Origin: Pecten maximus | Taxonomy: Eukaryota | Assembly: GCF_902652985.1 (NCBI RefSeq) | Contig: NC_047019.1 | Coordinates: 36,270,001 to 36,334,000 of the forward strand | Length of the DNA: 64,000 bases | Reading direction: 5' to 3' | Shown here: one piece after another, positions 39,651 through 52,809 of the stretch | Numbering within the stretch: the first letter of the stretch is position 1 | Layout of the letters: every line of letters starts with the position of its first letter | Program-made: the position numbers and the translations under genes | The notes under the pieces: model-generated | The model's input: only the letters and a program-made list of their open reading frames with translations | Told to the model about the DNA's origin: nothing | Databases searched by the model: none

Positions 39651-41788
39651 TAGCTCACCTGCCCGAAGGGCAAGTGAGCTTATGCCGTGGTGCGGCGTCC
39701 GTCGTCCGTCCGGCCGTCCGGCGTCAACTTTTTCATTCAAACAACTTCTTCTCAATAACCAAAAGGCCCAGGGACTTGATATTGGGCCTGTAGCATGCTG
39801 GGGTGAAGGGCTACAAAGTTTGTTCAAATAAATGACCTTGGCCTTCATTCAAGGTCACATGGGTCAAATAGGCTATAATCTTCAAACGACTTCTTCTCAA
39901 TAACCAAGAGGCCCAGGGACTTGATATTGGGCCTGTAGCATGCTGGGGTGAAGGGCTACCAAGTTTGTTCAAATGAATGACCTTGACCTTCATTCAAGGT
40001 CACAGGAGTCAAATAGGCTATAATCTTCAAACGACTTCTTCTCAATAACCAAGAGGCCCAGGGACTTGATATTGGGCATGTAGCATGCTGGGGTGAAGGG
40101 CTACAAAGTTTGTTCAAATAAATGACCTTGACCTTCATTCAAGGTCACATGGGTCTAATAGGCTATAATCTTCAAACGACTTCCTCTCAATAACCAAGAG
40201 GCCCAGGGACTTGATATTGGGCCTGTAGAATGCTGTGGTGAAGGGCTACAAAGTTTGTTCAAATAAATGACCTTGGCCTTCATTCAAGGTCACATGGGTC
40301 AAATAGGCTATAATCTTCAAACGACTTCTTCTCAATAACCAAGAGGCCCAGGGACTTGATATTGGGCCTGTAGCATGCTGGGGTGAAGGGCTACCAAGTT
40401 TGTTCAAATGAATGACCTTGACCTTCATTCAAGGTCACAGGAGTCAAATAGGCTATAATCTTCAAACGACTTCTTCTCAATAACCAAGAGGCCCAGGGAC
40501 TTGATATTGGGCATGTAGCATGCTGGGGTGAAGGGCTACAAAGTTTGTTCAAATAAATGACCTTGACCTTCATTCAAGGTCACATGGGTCTAATAGGCTA
40601 TAATCTTCAAACGACTTCTTCTCAATAACCAAGAGGCCCAGGGACTTGATATTGGGCCTGTAGCATGCTGGGGTGAAGGGCTACAAAGTTTGTTCAAATA
40701 AATGACCTTGACCTTCATTCAAGGTCACATGGGTCTAATAGGCTATAATCTTCAAACGACTTCTTCTCAATAACCAAGAGGCCCAGGGACTTGATATTGG
40801 GCCTGTAGAATGCTGTGGTGAAGGGCTACCAAGTTTGTTCAAATGAATGACCTTGACCTTCATTCAAGGTCACAGGAGTCAAATAGGCTATAATCTTCAA
40901 ACGACTTCTTCTCAATAACCAAGAGGCCCAGGGACTTGATATTGGGCATGTAGCATGCTGGGGTGAAGGGCTACAAAGTTTGTTCAAATAAATGACCTTG
41001 ACCTTCATTCAAGGTCACATGGGTCTAATAGGCTATAATCTTCAAACGACTTCTTCTCAATAACCAAGAGGCCCAGGGACTTGATATTGGGCCTGTAGAA
41101 TGCTGTGGTGAAGGGCTACCAAGTTTGTTCAAATGAATGACCTTGACCTTCATTCAAGGTCACAGGAGTCAAATAGGCTATAATCTTCAAACGACTTCTT
41201 CTCAATAACCAAGAGGCCCAGGGACTTGATATTGGGCATGTAGCATGCTGGGGTGAAGGGCTACAAAGTTTGTTCAAATAAATGACCTTGACCTTCATTC
41301 AAGGTCACATGGGTCAAATAGGCTATAATCTTCAAACGACTTCTTCTCAATAACCAAGAGGCCCAGGGACTTGATATTGGGCCTGTAGAATGCTGTGGTG
41401 AAGGGCTACAAAGTTTGTTCAAATAAATGACCTTGACCTTCATTCAAGGTCACATGGGTCAAATAGGCTATAATCTTCAAACGACTTCTTCTCAATAACC
41501 AAGAGGCCCAGGGACTTTTGATCTTGACCTACATTCAAGGTAATAGGGGTGAAATCGGCTTAAATTTGTAAACAATAATTTTGCGATAGCCAAGATCCTC
41601 CAAGACCTGATATTAGGCCAATAGAATGCTGGAATGAAGGACTACAAAATTTTTAATATAAATAAAACTAGCGTACAATGATATTTGAATAAAGAGATAA
41701 TCAGCATAGTATCTTTAGAAATGACCTCAATCAACTTCAAAGTTGCTGTAGAGCCAGGTGAGCGATACAGGCCCATTGGGCCTCTTGT
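39651..41788 (+). mobile_element. Intact non-autonomous Helentron (HINE / DINE-1-like) carrying a 145-bp satellite array
   Basis: 5' subTIR agctcacctg within hairpin agctcacctgcccgaagggcaagtgagct (39652-39680), then a (gtcc/gtc)n microsatellite and central tandem repeats. 3' subTIR caggtgagc (41755), terminal hairpin aggcccattgggcct (41769-41783). T-runs on both flanks and no TSD. Confidence 0.9.
39738..41516. repeat. 145-bp satellite, 12 full units plus a partial unit, inside the HINE
   Basis: caaacgacttcttctcaataacc recurs every 145 bp from 39738 to 41478. Units contain the inverted repeat tgaccttga-ccttcat-tcaaggtca (one base changed in two units). Confidence 0.97.
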
Positions 41789-44700
41789 TTAAGGTTAAGT
41801 GGAAGGGGTGCATTAATTTGATATAAATTGTTGTGTAGATATGATTTATTAAAGCTTCAGTTTGAATGGTGTAGGGAGAAGCTGTGACTGTTTCAGAGTG
41901 TAACAGGTGAGAATAATTGACCTTTGTGGAGATCACATCACACTGATGCAGGTCAGCCATTTTATAGGGAATTTTGTTAGGTTTTGGTTTCCTTTAGACT
42001 TACTCAAGTCCCAATGTGTCAGTAAGAATCATTTTTTGCCTGGGATGGTATAAGTTAAGCTCTCTCATACCATTTCTAGAGTTCCAAGTTTATGATTAGT
42101 ACAGTAGTATTTAACTTTCAATAACCTGCTGTTAAAAGCCTACATAATATGTGTACATTGTATTCTGTAAGTATACAACATATAGCATTGATCCAGTTGT
42201 TGAAAGGCTCTAAATGGTAACATACAAGTCTTCAACATTTTGCAAGTTTTCTAACATTTTTGTAATTCATTACTTTAGTTGTATGTTTTTAGAATCAAAA
42301 TCATGATTCTGATTAGTATCAGATTAAATACCAGAGTATTTCAGATAAAGGTCTCAGCACACTTACTTTTAAAACTTTTCCCCACAGTTTTTGCACACTT
42401 ATACCCTGTAACTGATATAAGTTGATTTTGCCTGTGGTTCTGACTTTGTATTGCAGTGAGGTGATTTTTTTTTTTAAGAGACAGATAAATCATGTCAGGT
42501 TGTCCGGCATTTGGACAAGTTTTTCCGGTGAAGTATAAAGAACCCTTCAAAGAGTATTGTGCAAGGTGCCTTAAGCTCTTTGTTGATCTTGTTAACACTG
42601 CTGGAGATTAAAACACATGAGATATGTTGTCCTCCTGTCTGGGTTAAATTGTATACAGTACTGGAGTATTTTTTGTTTATGTTTCAATATATAGGATTAA
42701 GGTAAATGGGATTAAGATTATCCTCCAGATAGGGTCAATAATCTGACAGTTTTTATAATTAGACAATATTGAATCAATAACGTGCTAACTAACCGGTTGG
42801 TTGGTGGCTATTGTATACTTGTGTGTAGATTGAAATGTATTCAGGGATGTTGTTATCGATAGCCATGGATTGACTTGGTGTTATAATTTATTGATTATGG
42901 CGGAGCCTGATGGTAGATTTATTGGTCAAGACACAAGCGTCCCCAGGCCAAGGTCTTGTTGTCAAGGTTTAACTTGAGGAAGAAGAGAGCTGACCTGCCT
43001 AATTACTTGTGATTATGTTACCTCACCTGTGCAGTTTTTACCTGAAGCAGCAAACATCAAAAGGTTTATAATACAGACACAGAGAATTCTGGATAATCGT
43101 TTTTGTACAGATAAAGAAGAAAAGCAAACAATTTGCTCTCAAGTCCCTTGTGTGCCAAGTCGTCTGGCCATTGTCTGGCAAATAGTTGTGGTTTTAGATC
43201 CGATGATGTAGTTATGGAAATCATTGGCAGGGAATAAGGAGGGGACAAAGGACCCTTGTCTTTTTACCTAAGGACTCCGTGACAGAGCAAGTGACCTTGT
43301 CATGTAGGGCCAACTACAGTAACCTCTAAACTGTGGTACTGACAAGGAACACCCTGACAGTATTAAGGATTGCCCTATATCAAGTCAAAACTACAACAAG
43401 TGCAACAGAGAACTCTTCAATGTGATCAAACCAGCATTGGTGTTGAAATTTTATCTGGAACTTATACTGAAGGGATTTATGATCAAGAACAGAACAGCAG
43501 TGTGGATTTCTAAAGAAAACAGAACACACATTAAAAAAAACAACATGGGGAAAATCTTCCAACAGACATAAGGTTGTAGATACCTGATAAGCCATTGTTA
43601 TGAAGCATATATTCTTTGAAAATTTGGACAACGGAAGTTTGAAGTGTCTCTTTGATGGAAAAGTTTATTACATGGATGTTTACATGAAGGCATTTGAATC
43701 TATTGTGTAAAAGACTTTAACAATTTCATGCTTGAAGATCATGGTTTATGGCAGATCATCTGCGGTGAACACTATGTCTATGTGTCCGATCTGACATTTA
43801 AATGTTGTTGTTTTTTTGTAAGAAAAGAGGATTGGCTTCAAGAGTTTTTATGACCAAGATTACAGGTTGTCAAAATCAATTTAACAGAACATTTCAAAAT
43901 GAGAGCTGACAGGTAACGACAAAAAACACCAGGAGAGTTCTACAGGGTTAATGGAGATAGACTTCAATCGTGTAAATCACCTCTTTTAATCATAAACAGC
44001 TATGTTGTGGATCAGATAAATTAGTGATTTGTTGATGATTACTAAAGGAACGAACACAAGTCATTATAACTATAATAGTTACCCTGCAAGGCTCAATTTC
44101 CAGAGCGTTTATATTTTGCTCTTAATTAACTAGAAAAGATAAACAAGTTTTTGCTTATGAGATTGTGTTATACTTCAACCAATCATAAACTGTTTCCAAA
44201 AACTAATTAATTTTGATAGCCAACCTTGATAGTAGGGCTTCACATTTCATTTATATACTATAGTGTGACGGAATTATTAAGGAGCCTGATTATAACACTG
44301 AGCTTGCGTCACCATAGACTATACAGAAACGCAAACTTGCTGGATTCGTTAACCTTGATGAGGTATATGTAGTACACATCTTCATCTGATCAATGTCAGA
44401 CACTCCGGTTCAGCAGTGACTCTCTAATATAAGTGCTGAACGATTTTGGTAAAGAACAATTACGATAACGACACACAAAGAGTTTTGGAATAAAAAAGGA
44501 ATAAATGTGGCTGGACAAATATGAGAAGCTGATGTTGAATGCATATTAGTGTCTTTCCAATCAATACTCTATGCACCGTATTGATTGTGTCAAGTTTGTG
44601 GTAGTCGCTGTAGTGGTGGTTCTTTCTATACTATAGCCCTCCTGTATTTACTGGTTTCTCTTGTTGCTTCCGAGCACATAAAGACTGATTGGATACACTG

Positions 44701-46181
44701 TCATGTGTAGATTTATGTTCTACTTCTAAAATCTGTGGCACGATAATTCATCTTTACAGTGTTTTTCACCCACTTGGAAACGGTTAAAGTGTTATCTCCA
44801 AAGGATAAATTTCAACCTTGGTATATATATACATGAGAATTTGAAGATGAAATTTCAAATAGCAAGAAATAAATCAGCATTAAGTTTTTGTTAATAGATC
44901 GGTGATCTTACAAAAAATATTTAACCAAGTAATAAACATACACAGATCCTGTTTTTAAGTTTAATTCTTCCTAAGTGCCACACATTGAAACATGTCTGAT
45001 ACAAATTAGGCCTCGCTGCAGTGACTTGACGTTCTTGAGTCTCACAGAGGTTTGGGATAGATTCCTGGTGATGCTGCTGCTGGAAACACAGGACTGGAGA
45101 TAGTCAGATAGCAAAGGACTCTCTGTACATTATCATGTATTCTGGGCGGGCTGTACACACTGGAAACAGTTTGGGGATTTCTGGTACACTGTACAACCAT
45201 CTTAGATTCTAATGCTGCAGGAGACGTCTGGTGGAGGAAAAGTGCTTTATGTTTGAAGTTTACATGCTGAAACTTGTACAGGAGATATTCCTCTAGTTAA
45301 TTTTTGGTGCTTATCCTCAGCTGACAAGGGGGGGTGATAGAGGAGGCGTATTAAGATCACGGAGATATCCTGTTGACTGTTGAGTAGGACAGGGCAGACA
45401 GGCCCTTATCATCAACGATAGGGAAAGGATGGAGGATACTTAGACCGATGCTTCAGTGTCTGTAAAGGATTCAAATGGCCACTAAATGATATGTGGTCTT
45501 AGCTTCAGCTAGTGTCATGGAGAGGATTTATACCAAGTGTCATGTAGTGTGGTATTTCTTTGTTATTGTGGTAAGTAGCTATATATTATACTTCACAGCA
45601 CCTACATTAAAACACCTGTACACTTTCGAAATGTCATTCATATATGATTGTGTGCGTTATTTATCATGATAATTTATTTATCATCACATTTATAAGGGAT
45701 TATCGTATTTTCATTAATTAGGGAATCTACATCATATTTATCTTTGTTTTAATGAGAAATTATTTTTAGAATATAATTAGGATTTATTTCTTTCCATATT
45801 TTTGTTAATAAGAAACTGTTTGAGAATAATTTGAAATAATATTTTTGATGAAAAATCCTTTTCATTTTTCTTTTTGATTAATTATTGTTAAATTCATATA
45901 GATGAACATACAATTCAGATTGTAGAAACGATTGTGATATAGTGGGAACCGTAAGATTGTACAAGGATGGTGTTTTACAACGATTTAAAAGTGTCCTGTG
46001 TGTAAATCGGTGCTAATAAGGCCTTTTGATGTCATAGAGTACAGGCTCCCTGAACTTTGACCTCTCTTTACCTGTCAGGAGTATATTAGGTCAAATCAAT
46101 AAGTGTTCCGCATTCTTAATACTCACACCTGTAACGCATTATTACTGACAGGCCTATACTCACAGGTATTAATGTGTTAGC

Positions 46182-47123
46182 TGTGTAGAATTCTCATTGT
46201 AGGGAATATCAATATATAACAATTCCTGTGTAGGTGTGTAGAATTCTCATTGTAGGGGAATATCAATATATAACAATTCCTGTGTAGGTGTGTAGAATTC
46301 TCATTGTAGGGAATATCAATATATAACAATTCCTGTGTGGGTGTGTAGAATTCTCATTATAGGGAATATCAATATATAACACCATTCCTGTGTAGGTGTG
46401 TAGAATTCTCATTGTAGGGAATATCAATATATAACAATTCCTGTGTAGGTGTGTAGAATTCTCATTGTAGGGGGATATCAATATATAACCATTCCTGTGT
46501 AGGTGTGTAGAATTCTCATTGTAGGGGGATATCAATATATAACAATTCCTGTGTAAGTGTGTAGAATTCTCATTGTAGGGGGATATCAATATATAACTAT
46601 TCCTGTGTAGGTGTGTAGAATTCTCATTGTAGGGGAATATCAATATATAACACCATTCCTGTGTAGGTGTGTAGAATTCTCATTGTAGGGGAATATCAAT
46701 ATATAACACCATTCCTGTGTGGGTGTGTAGAATTCTCATTGTAGGGGAATATCAATATATAACACCATTCCTGTGTGGGTGTGTAGAATTCTCATTGTAG
46801 GGGAATATCAATATATAACACCATTCCTGTGTAGGTGTGTAGAATTCTCATTGTAGGGGAATATCAATATATAACAGTTCCTGTGTAGGTGTGTAGAATT
46901 CTCATTATAGGGGAATATCAATATATAACACCATTCCTGTGTGGGTGTGTAGAATTCTCATTGTAGGGGAATATCAATATATAACACCATTCCTGTGTAG
47001 GTGTGTAGAATTCTCATTGTAGGGGAATATCAATATAATAACAATTCCTGTGTAGGTGTGTAGAATTCTCATTGTAGGGGAATATCAATATAATAACAAT
47101 TCCTGTGTAGGTGTGTAGAATTC
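46182..47123. repeat. 53-56-bp minisatellite, about 17 copies
   Basis: Unit tgtgtagaattctcattgtaggg(g)aatatcaatatataac(ac)aattcctgtgtagg, with an EcoRI site in each unit. Confidence 0.95.
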
Positions 47124-49589
47124 ACAATATATCGGAATGTCACTATAATTCCTATTCATGATTGATACTGTTGAACACACTAGTTTCAAATTTTAGTTTA
47201 ATTTAAGTTCTTGGATATGAAATGAAATTTTCAGAAAATTTCTGAAAAATGTGATGAGAACTATTTGAGATGCACTTTTAAGTGTTTTTGTAACATATTT
47301 AAAAGAAAAAGAAAAAAACCTTATTATAAATTTAGATATTTGAGATGCACTTTTTAAGGAGAAACGTGGTTCAAATAGATTGAATTTCTCTTGTGTAACA
47401 AAAACAGTAACCTCCCGATCCATATCAAGCTTGTGTTTGTAACATTGACAAAGTTGTAATTGGTCAATTAGAGATGTGTACCAACACATTCCAATTAAAC
47501 TGCAACTCCGACCCTGTGATCTTGTTATCCATAGAAACACTTGTCAAGGTTATCACACAGAGGCCCTTCCTGGAATATTGTCAAAAGAGGATGTTCTCAA
47601 AAACCTCAAAAAGTAAATTGAGACATGTGTTACGAGGCAAAAAAAGCAATATCCTATTGCTGTTAGTGAGATTGATATCATGCAAACTGATCTGGTGTGT
47701 TACTGAGGCTTCACGTTCAACCATGTTCCTCCTTGGGTATTCCTCACAGTTAGATCCACAGTATAGGGTTAAGGTGTTAGTATCCTGGACCGTAAAGCTG
47801 CTCTGGTTTAAACCTTAAATGTCACAACAGCTGAGTACAAATAAACATAGAGCTGTCAAGGAAATTCTTTCTAAACAAATCTGACCATAAAAAAAATCCA
47901 TTTTCTTGGTGTAAACATGAAAAATATTAAAGATAGGATGTTTTATTTCAAACCCCATTTAATAGATATTTATAAAAAGCCAGAATGTTTACTTTTCTAA
48001 ACAGTACCTCCAGCATGATTATCAATTAAAAGAAAGTTCATGTTTTACATTGTTCTTATGTTTTATTATGGCCATTTTATGCCACTTGTGTACCTAATAA
48101 CACCCAAAGTCCAAACCTTATGGTTGTTATATTGTCAAATTAAGCAACAGTCAGAACCTTTGCTGGCTTATAGCCCTTTAATTAGCATTTAAGGTCCAGA
48201 ATTTATCTTAGGGATCATAGGACAACAGCCGCCCCTGCATTATAAAGCTGCTGGTACAGAGACGATGGTGTAGTAATTGGACTAGCAGTGGGATGGGGGA
48301 CCACATGTCGATGCTGACCCTCCTTAGTACTTACACGCTGAAATATTAATGTTTTTGTACCTGATTGTTTGGTAGGATAATTATCAATAAACATGCAAAT
48401 CCTGAGCTCATTTCCCCTCCCCCCTCCCCACCCTCAATCTGGCGGAGTTATTTACTTCATTGCCCTCCCTATAACAGCATATGCTATCAATGTAATGTGC
48501 AGGTAATCACATCGCATTCTTTTCTCCGCAAGCTCAGGCACACTCCAACTCCAACACTATTGATACATGTAAGAGCAGTTGATTGGGCAGTATACCCCTC
48601 TCTGGAAGTTAATATTCCACTTTGAAAATGTTTATCCCACTTTGAATATCATTTACCAAATCAAAAGTTATGACACCTTGAATAGTGCATGACATCACTT
48701 TGAAAATTGTATCTCACATTTAACATTGACCTCACTTTGAGAATTGTTGTCTCACTTTGAATACTACATTTGATTTTAGCCATTGTTTGAAAAGTGTATG
48801 CCATCTTTGAATATTGACCTCAGGTTGAAAATTGTATCCTGTTTTGAATATTGAAAACCTACCTAAAACGGTCTAGTTGAAGGGGTAGTGGTTGCCCTGT
48901 TACCTCTGTAACTGTAAACAATGACATCAGTCATCAGTTTGTTATACACAATCAGTCATCAGTTTGCTATACACAGCCATAATGAAACTGTAATCATACC
49001 ATCACTGAATCAATACCATGTAATGGAGGGGAACCTTTCATGTGTTGTCTGGTCAGGTCAATAAAGTGATTTCTTTTTCCTTTTTATGAATGAATGAGAC
49101 GCCATTTCCATTAGCATTAAGATAAATATCAATTAGGACCCTGCCAGGAGGATTGTTAACAGTTGGTGCCCTTCCTCAGTGTTTTTTAGGTGAGGTCAGA
49201 GGTCATGAGGGATATGAAACATTCCATTGTGTTTGCTCATTGTAATTTGTCATGTTGTTTGGATATTTGTTTGTGATAAGGCTATCAGTGTTAGATAAAG
49301 TGTAGTGTGTCAAACTGTGGAAAGGTGTGCTCAAGTACCCACATCACAACCTTAAAGACAATCATAAAAATTCCTAACTCCTGTTGGTATTGACTCATTT
49401 CTATAGGTGTGAAAAGTTAAAATATTTATGTTAGAAAATCTGTCAAATCTTTTTGTCAAAGATATGTTTGAAATAATTAGTAAACCATCAGTTTTTTGAA
49501 AATGAAGATATATGTGTGATCAATGTTGTGAACTTGTTTTCTTATTAACACTATCTGGCTTGTCAATTGGGTATTACAATATTTATTCT

Positions 49590-49810
49590 GAAATAAGCCC
49601 CCTCCCCAAGTGTAAAAGTTTAGTACCATATTTATCCTATAAGCCCCCCTCCCCTAGTGTAAAATTTTACCAAGTGTTAAAAGTTTAATATAATATTTAT
49701 CCTCAAATAAGCCCCCCTCCCCTAGTGTAAAAGTTTACCAAGTGTAAAAGTTAAATATCATATTTATCCTCAAATAAGCCCCCCTCCCCTAGTGTAAAAG
49801 TTTAGTATTA
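49590..49810. repeat. Imperfect 48-67-bp tandem repeat, 4 copies
   Basis: ataagcccccctcccctagtgtaaaagttt recurs four times with variable spacers. Confidence 0.8.
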
Positions 49811-50629
49811 TACTATGGGAAGGTCTTTTTTGTGAACCACTTTAGCTTACTCTTTTAAGATTGATGATTCTTGGTGGGTAGTCGCTTATTTGCAGGTAAA
49901 TATAGTAATACTGTTTATATTGTACTGCAATTGGTTGACTAAGTTCTAGGAACCATTTAGATCAAGCATTAATGCTCAGTCACAGTTATCACTGGATATC
50001 AGGCTAATTGTTTTATAGGTAAAATTTCAATTTACTGACATCTGTTTTTTGTGTGGCAATAAAAACCACAAAACCACATACTTGAAACTTAAAAACTTTT
50101 GAGCATTTTATTTCTTTCATGTGGTAAGGGTCAATTACTTCACCAGTTTTTATCACAGAAGCCGATTTTGTTAGTTTTTTTTTATTTCCGGCTTCCTATA
50201 GCTGTAAGTGATGATGTCTTTAGCTGTATCCATGTTTTTTCGTAAATCAGAAAGTGATGTTGGCTTTGAAGAAGTATTCTATCTCCAGGTAGTTGAGAAG
50301 TTCTTGCCCGTTACAAAAGTTGTCTGTGCTAGTTTAAAACATGTCAATATATATGTTGAGTTCAGCACCTGTACACCTGTTTTTATGGATGTTTTTATTG
50401 ATATCAACAGACATAAAAAAGTAGGTGTGGATGTGATTTGTTTTGAAGTTATTTTTGATTGGTTTCTCTGATAATTTACATTGTATGTCCTAACAGCTAG
50501 GTTCAGTAGTGGTTGAGGTGGGTATATTATTTGTAGCATCTGAAATTTGATTATCTGGGTGTGAAGGGTAACTAACAGTTCTACTGCTGGATATTACTGA
50601 ACAAGATTATATAGAAGTACATATATGTA

Positions 50630-51524
50630 CAGTCTACCCTCGTTATACCGCCACCTTTTGTTCTTGTTGTAATTGGCGGTATAAAGAGGGTGGCGGTATT
50701 ATCGAATTTGACAACAAAAATGCAGGAATCCAATGTCTTATATTGTGATCAAATCAGAAAACACAAACATTTCAATTTCAGGTACTGAACAGTAAAAGTG
50801 TCTAAATATGGTTATTGTTTTTGTAGTTTGGTAAAAAAAATCACTGATATGCTTTTGTCGCATATTGTCTGTGATAATTTCCGATATTTTTTTTTGAAAT
50901 CATTCTGCAAGAGTCTATTTCTAATTCTGTTGTTTTGTCCGACGTTTCTAGAAATCGCATTACCGTTTCTATAGCGGCTTTTGCCTCTGTTCCGCTTGGA
51001 ATATGTTGTGGTTCGTCATAGTCAGTGTCAAGGTCCGTTTCACTGTTGTCAAAACTTGTAACGGAGTCAGTGATGTCGCTTTCTGTCTGCACTTCGGTAA
51101 TTTCTCTTTGTTTATCGGCGTCAACAAATTGTCGGACAGTCAGTCGTACTCATACACAATGTGAGTAGAATCCATAACTTGTTTTATTACAAAACAAACA
51201 TTCCTCTTGTCAATACCGATGACGATTCGATCAGCGAATAGAATCACTGAAGCGTAACTTCACCTGTGCTTGAATGGGGAAGTACCCGTATCTAAAAATA
51301 GAACACTAAAGAGTTCCACGGCGATTAAAACATGGCGGTGAAATCGAGGGAAATATACAGTGATTCGGCACATTTGTTCTTGAAAGCATATGGCGGATGG
51401 CGGTATGCGAGGGTGGCGGACTTAACGGGGGAATTAAAGAGTGCAAAAATCCGTTCTAGGGGACAAGGTGGCGATATGCGAGGGTGGCGGTATTATCGAG
51501 TGGCGATAGGTCGAGGGATTACTG
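50630..51524 (-). mobile_element. Internally deleted pogo/Tigger-like (Tc1/mariner superfamily) DNA transposon, 895 bp
   Basis: TA|CAGTctaccctcgttataccgccac ... gtggcgataggtcgagggattACTG|TA imperfect TIRs with TA duplication (50628-29, 51525-26). Repeated subterminal tggcgg/tggcga motifs. Minus-strand remnant of an acidic transposase C-terminus. Confidence 0.85.
50834..51130 (-). pseudogene. Frameshifted C-terminal fragment of a pogo/Tigger-type transposase ending in a PIP box
   Basis: ...DNSETDLDTDYDEPQHIPSGTEAKAAIETVMRFLE... then, after removing one A from an A-run near 50890, SKKISEIITDNMRQKHISDFF (QxxIxxFF at 50834-50857). Confidence 0.75.
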
Positions 51525-51662
51525 TAGTTACTACACATGATGATACTTGGTATGTACTGGGTCTAACAGTGGGATATGTTAAAACGATAATGATTAGGCC
51601 CTTATACTGATTTTCCACAAGCTATGTTGTGTTTGATACTAATTTTAATATTAATTTTTCAG

Positions 51663-51786
51663 GTTTTGTTGGACCGTTGTCAGAACCAGCGTAAATGTTT
51701 TGTGGTGGCCAGTACCGACACATTCCGTCAGGACCCCTGTCCTCGTACATCAAAGTACCTCAAAGTGTCCTACAAATGTAACCCCG
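51663..51786 (+). CDS. EVA1C: Next coding exon of the EVA1C / eva-1 homolog: C-terminal part of the first SUEL domain
   Basis: Acceptor taatttttcag|GTT at 51662/51663 (phase 0, compatible with the previous donor); donor CCCG|gtaagt at 51786/51787 (phase 1). Translation VLLDRCQNQRKCFVVASTDTFRQDPCPRTSKYLKVSYKCNP has the SUEL DPC and KYL motifs and matches EVA1C as recalled (VLDECQNQRAC...FGPDLCPGSSKYLLVSFKCQP). Confidence 0.92.
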
Positions 51787-52748
51787 GTAAGTCTTCAACC
51801 ATGTCACTTATACTAATCTCAAGTTCATCAACTACTGATTAGATAACAACCAACCATTTCACGTATACTAATGTCAAGTTCACAAACTACTGAAAGGACA
51901 ACAACCAACCATATTACATTTTTTTTCTGACAATGGAGGGCCACTTTTCACTGTGCTGACAGAGGTAACCATATTTCTCTGACAAGTCCAGGTGGGGACT
52001 AATGTCATTCTTTCTCCCATCCTAACATCAGTACAAATTACTGTCAACATTCTGGCCATTGTTTCCTTCTGCATGGTTTGTTGCTCGGAAGATAGAAGAC
52101 TAGCGTAAAGGGTTTTTGCCGGTTTTCACTTTTTACTTCTTTGTGAATGGAATGTCAATAAAAAACTACACTTAATGCATTAAATCTGAACTCACTTTCA
52201 CAATAAGGACATTTTTATGTGATTTTAATTGAAACTACATCAAATGAAGATAGTTGATAGTTTTGTTTGTGTAGTAAAGTGTACTCTGTGGCTTGCTATT
52301 AAAGTGCAATATCACAATATATTCTGACAGTAAATAGTGCTAAAAATAAAACGTTTATTGTGTTCATGTAATTTTTACATGGGTTAGCATCTGGTATAAA
52401 CTGCGACATCAGATTTAACTTTTGATAAATTTTAATTGACAAGAGCTGCTTTTGAATGGAATATAGCCTTTCTAACTACAGATGGTAGGGTTGGAAGGGG
52501 TGGTGGTGAGGGGAGAGATGGCACTAGTTGTATAGACACAAGTTTGAGTTCAGTGTATGGTTAGCTTTAAATGTTTTATTTCATACTTTACTGTCACTAC
52601 TGTCAAATTCATTTGTATATAATCCTAGCTTTGCAAAACAAGATTTGAAACAAAGTTTATTTTTATTTTTTAAAGATAACATGGATAACATAACAGTTGT
52701 TGATAACAGAAAATGATTGTGTTCCTCTACCCAAACTTATTTATAGAT

Positions 52749-52809
52749 GCATACAGGGAGGCTGTCTTTAAATGACCTTAGCTTTTGACAGTACTAAACC
52801 AAACCAAAC
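52749..52809 (+). mobile_element. Short 3' SINE tail remnant
   Basis: gcatacagggaggctgtctttaaatgaccttagcttttgacagtactaaaccaaaccaaac matches the tail of the 38.6-39.1 kb SINE. Confidence 0.7.

Larger units (their letters stand above)
32520..51662 (+). other. GT-AG intron of 19,143 bp splitting the SUEL domain
   Basis: gtgagt donor and ttttcag acceptor. A phase-0 join gives continuous ...CLATTSFR|VLLDRCQNQRKC... with no room for a missing exon in the domain. Confidence 0.85.

Noticed and set aside
39327-41443. Series of near-identical 60-aa ORFs
   Set aside because: They arise from the 145-bp satellite units of the HINE.
44264-44592. Possible solo LTR (TG start, TATA-like motif, two AATAAA, CA end)
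   Set aside because: No target-site duplication, no convincing PBS or PPT, and no second copy in the window.
50130-50570. Overlapping 86-87-aa ORFs on both strands; possible decayed coding fragment
   Set aside because: No identifiable motif or splice-compatible boundaries.
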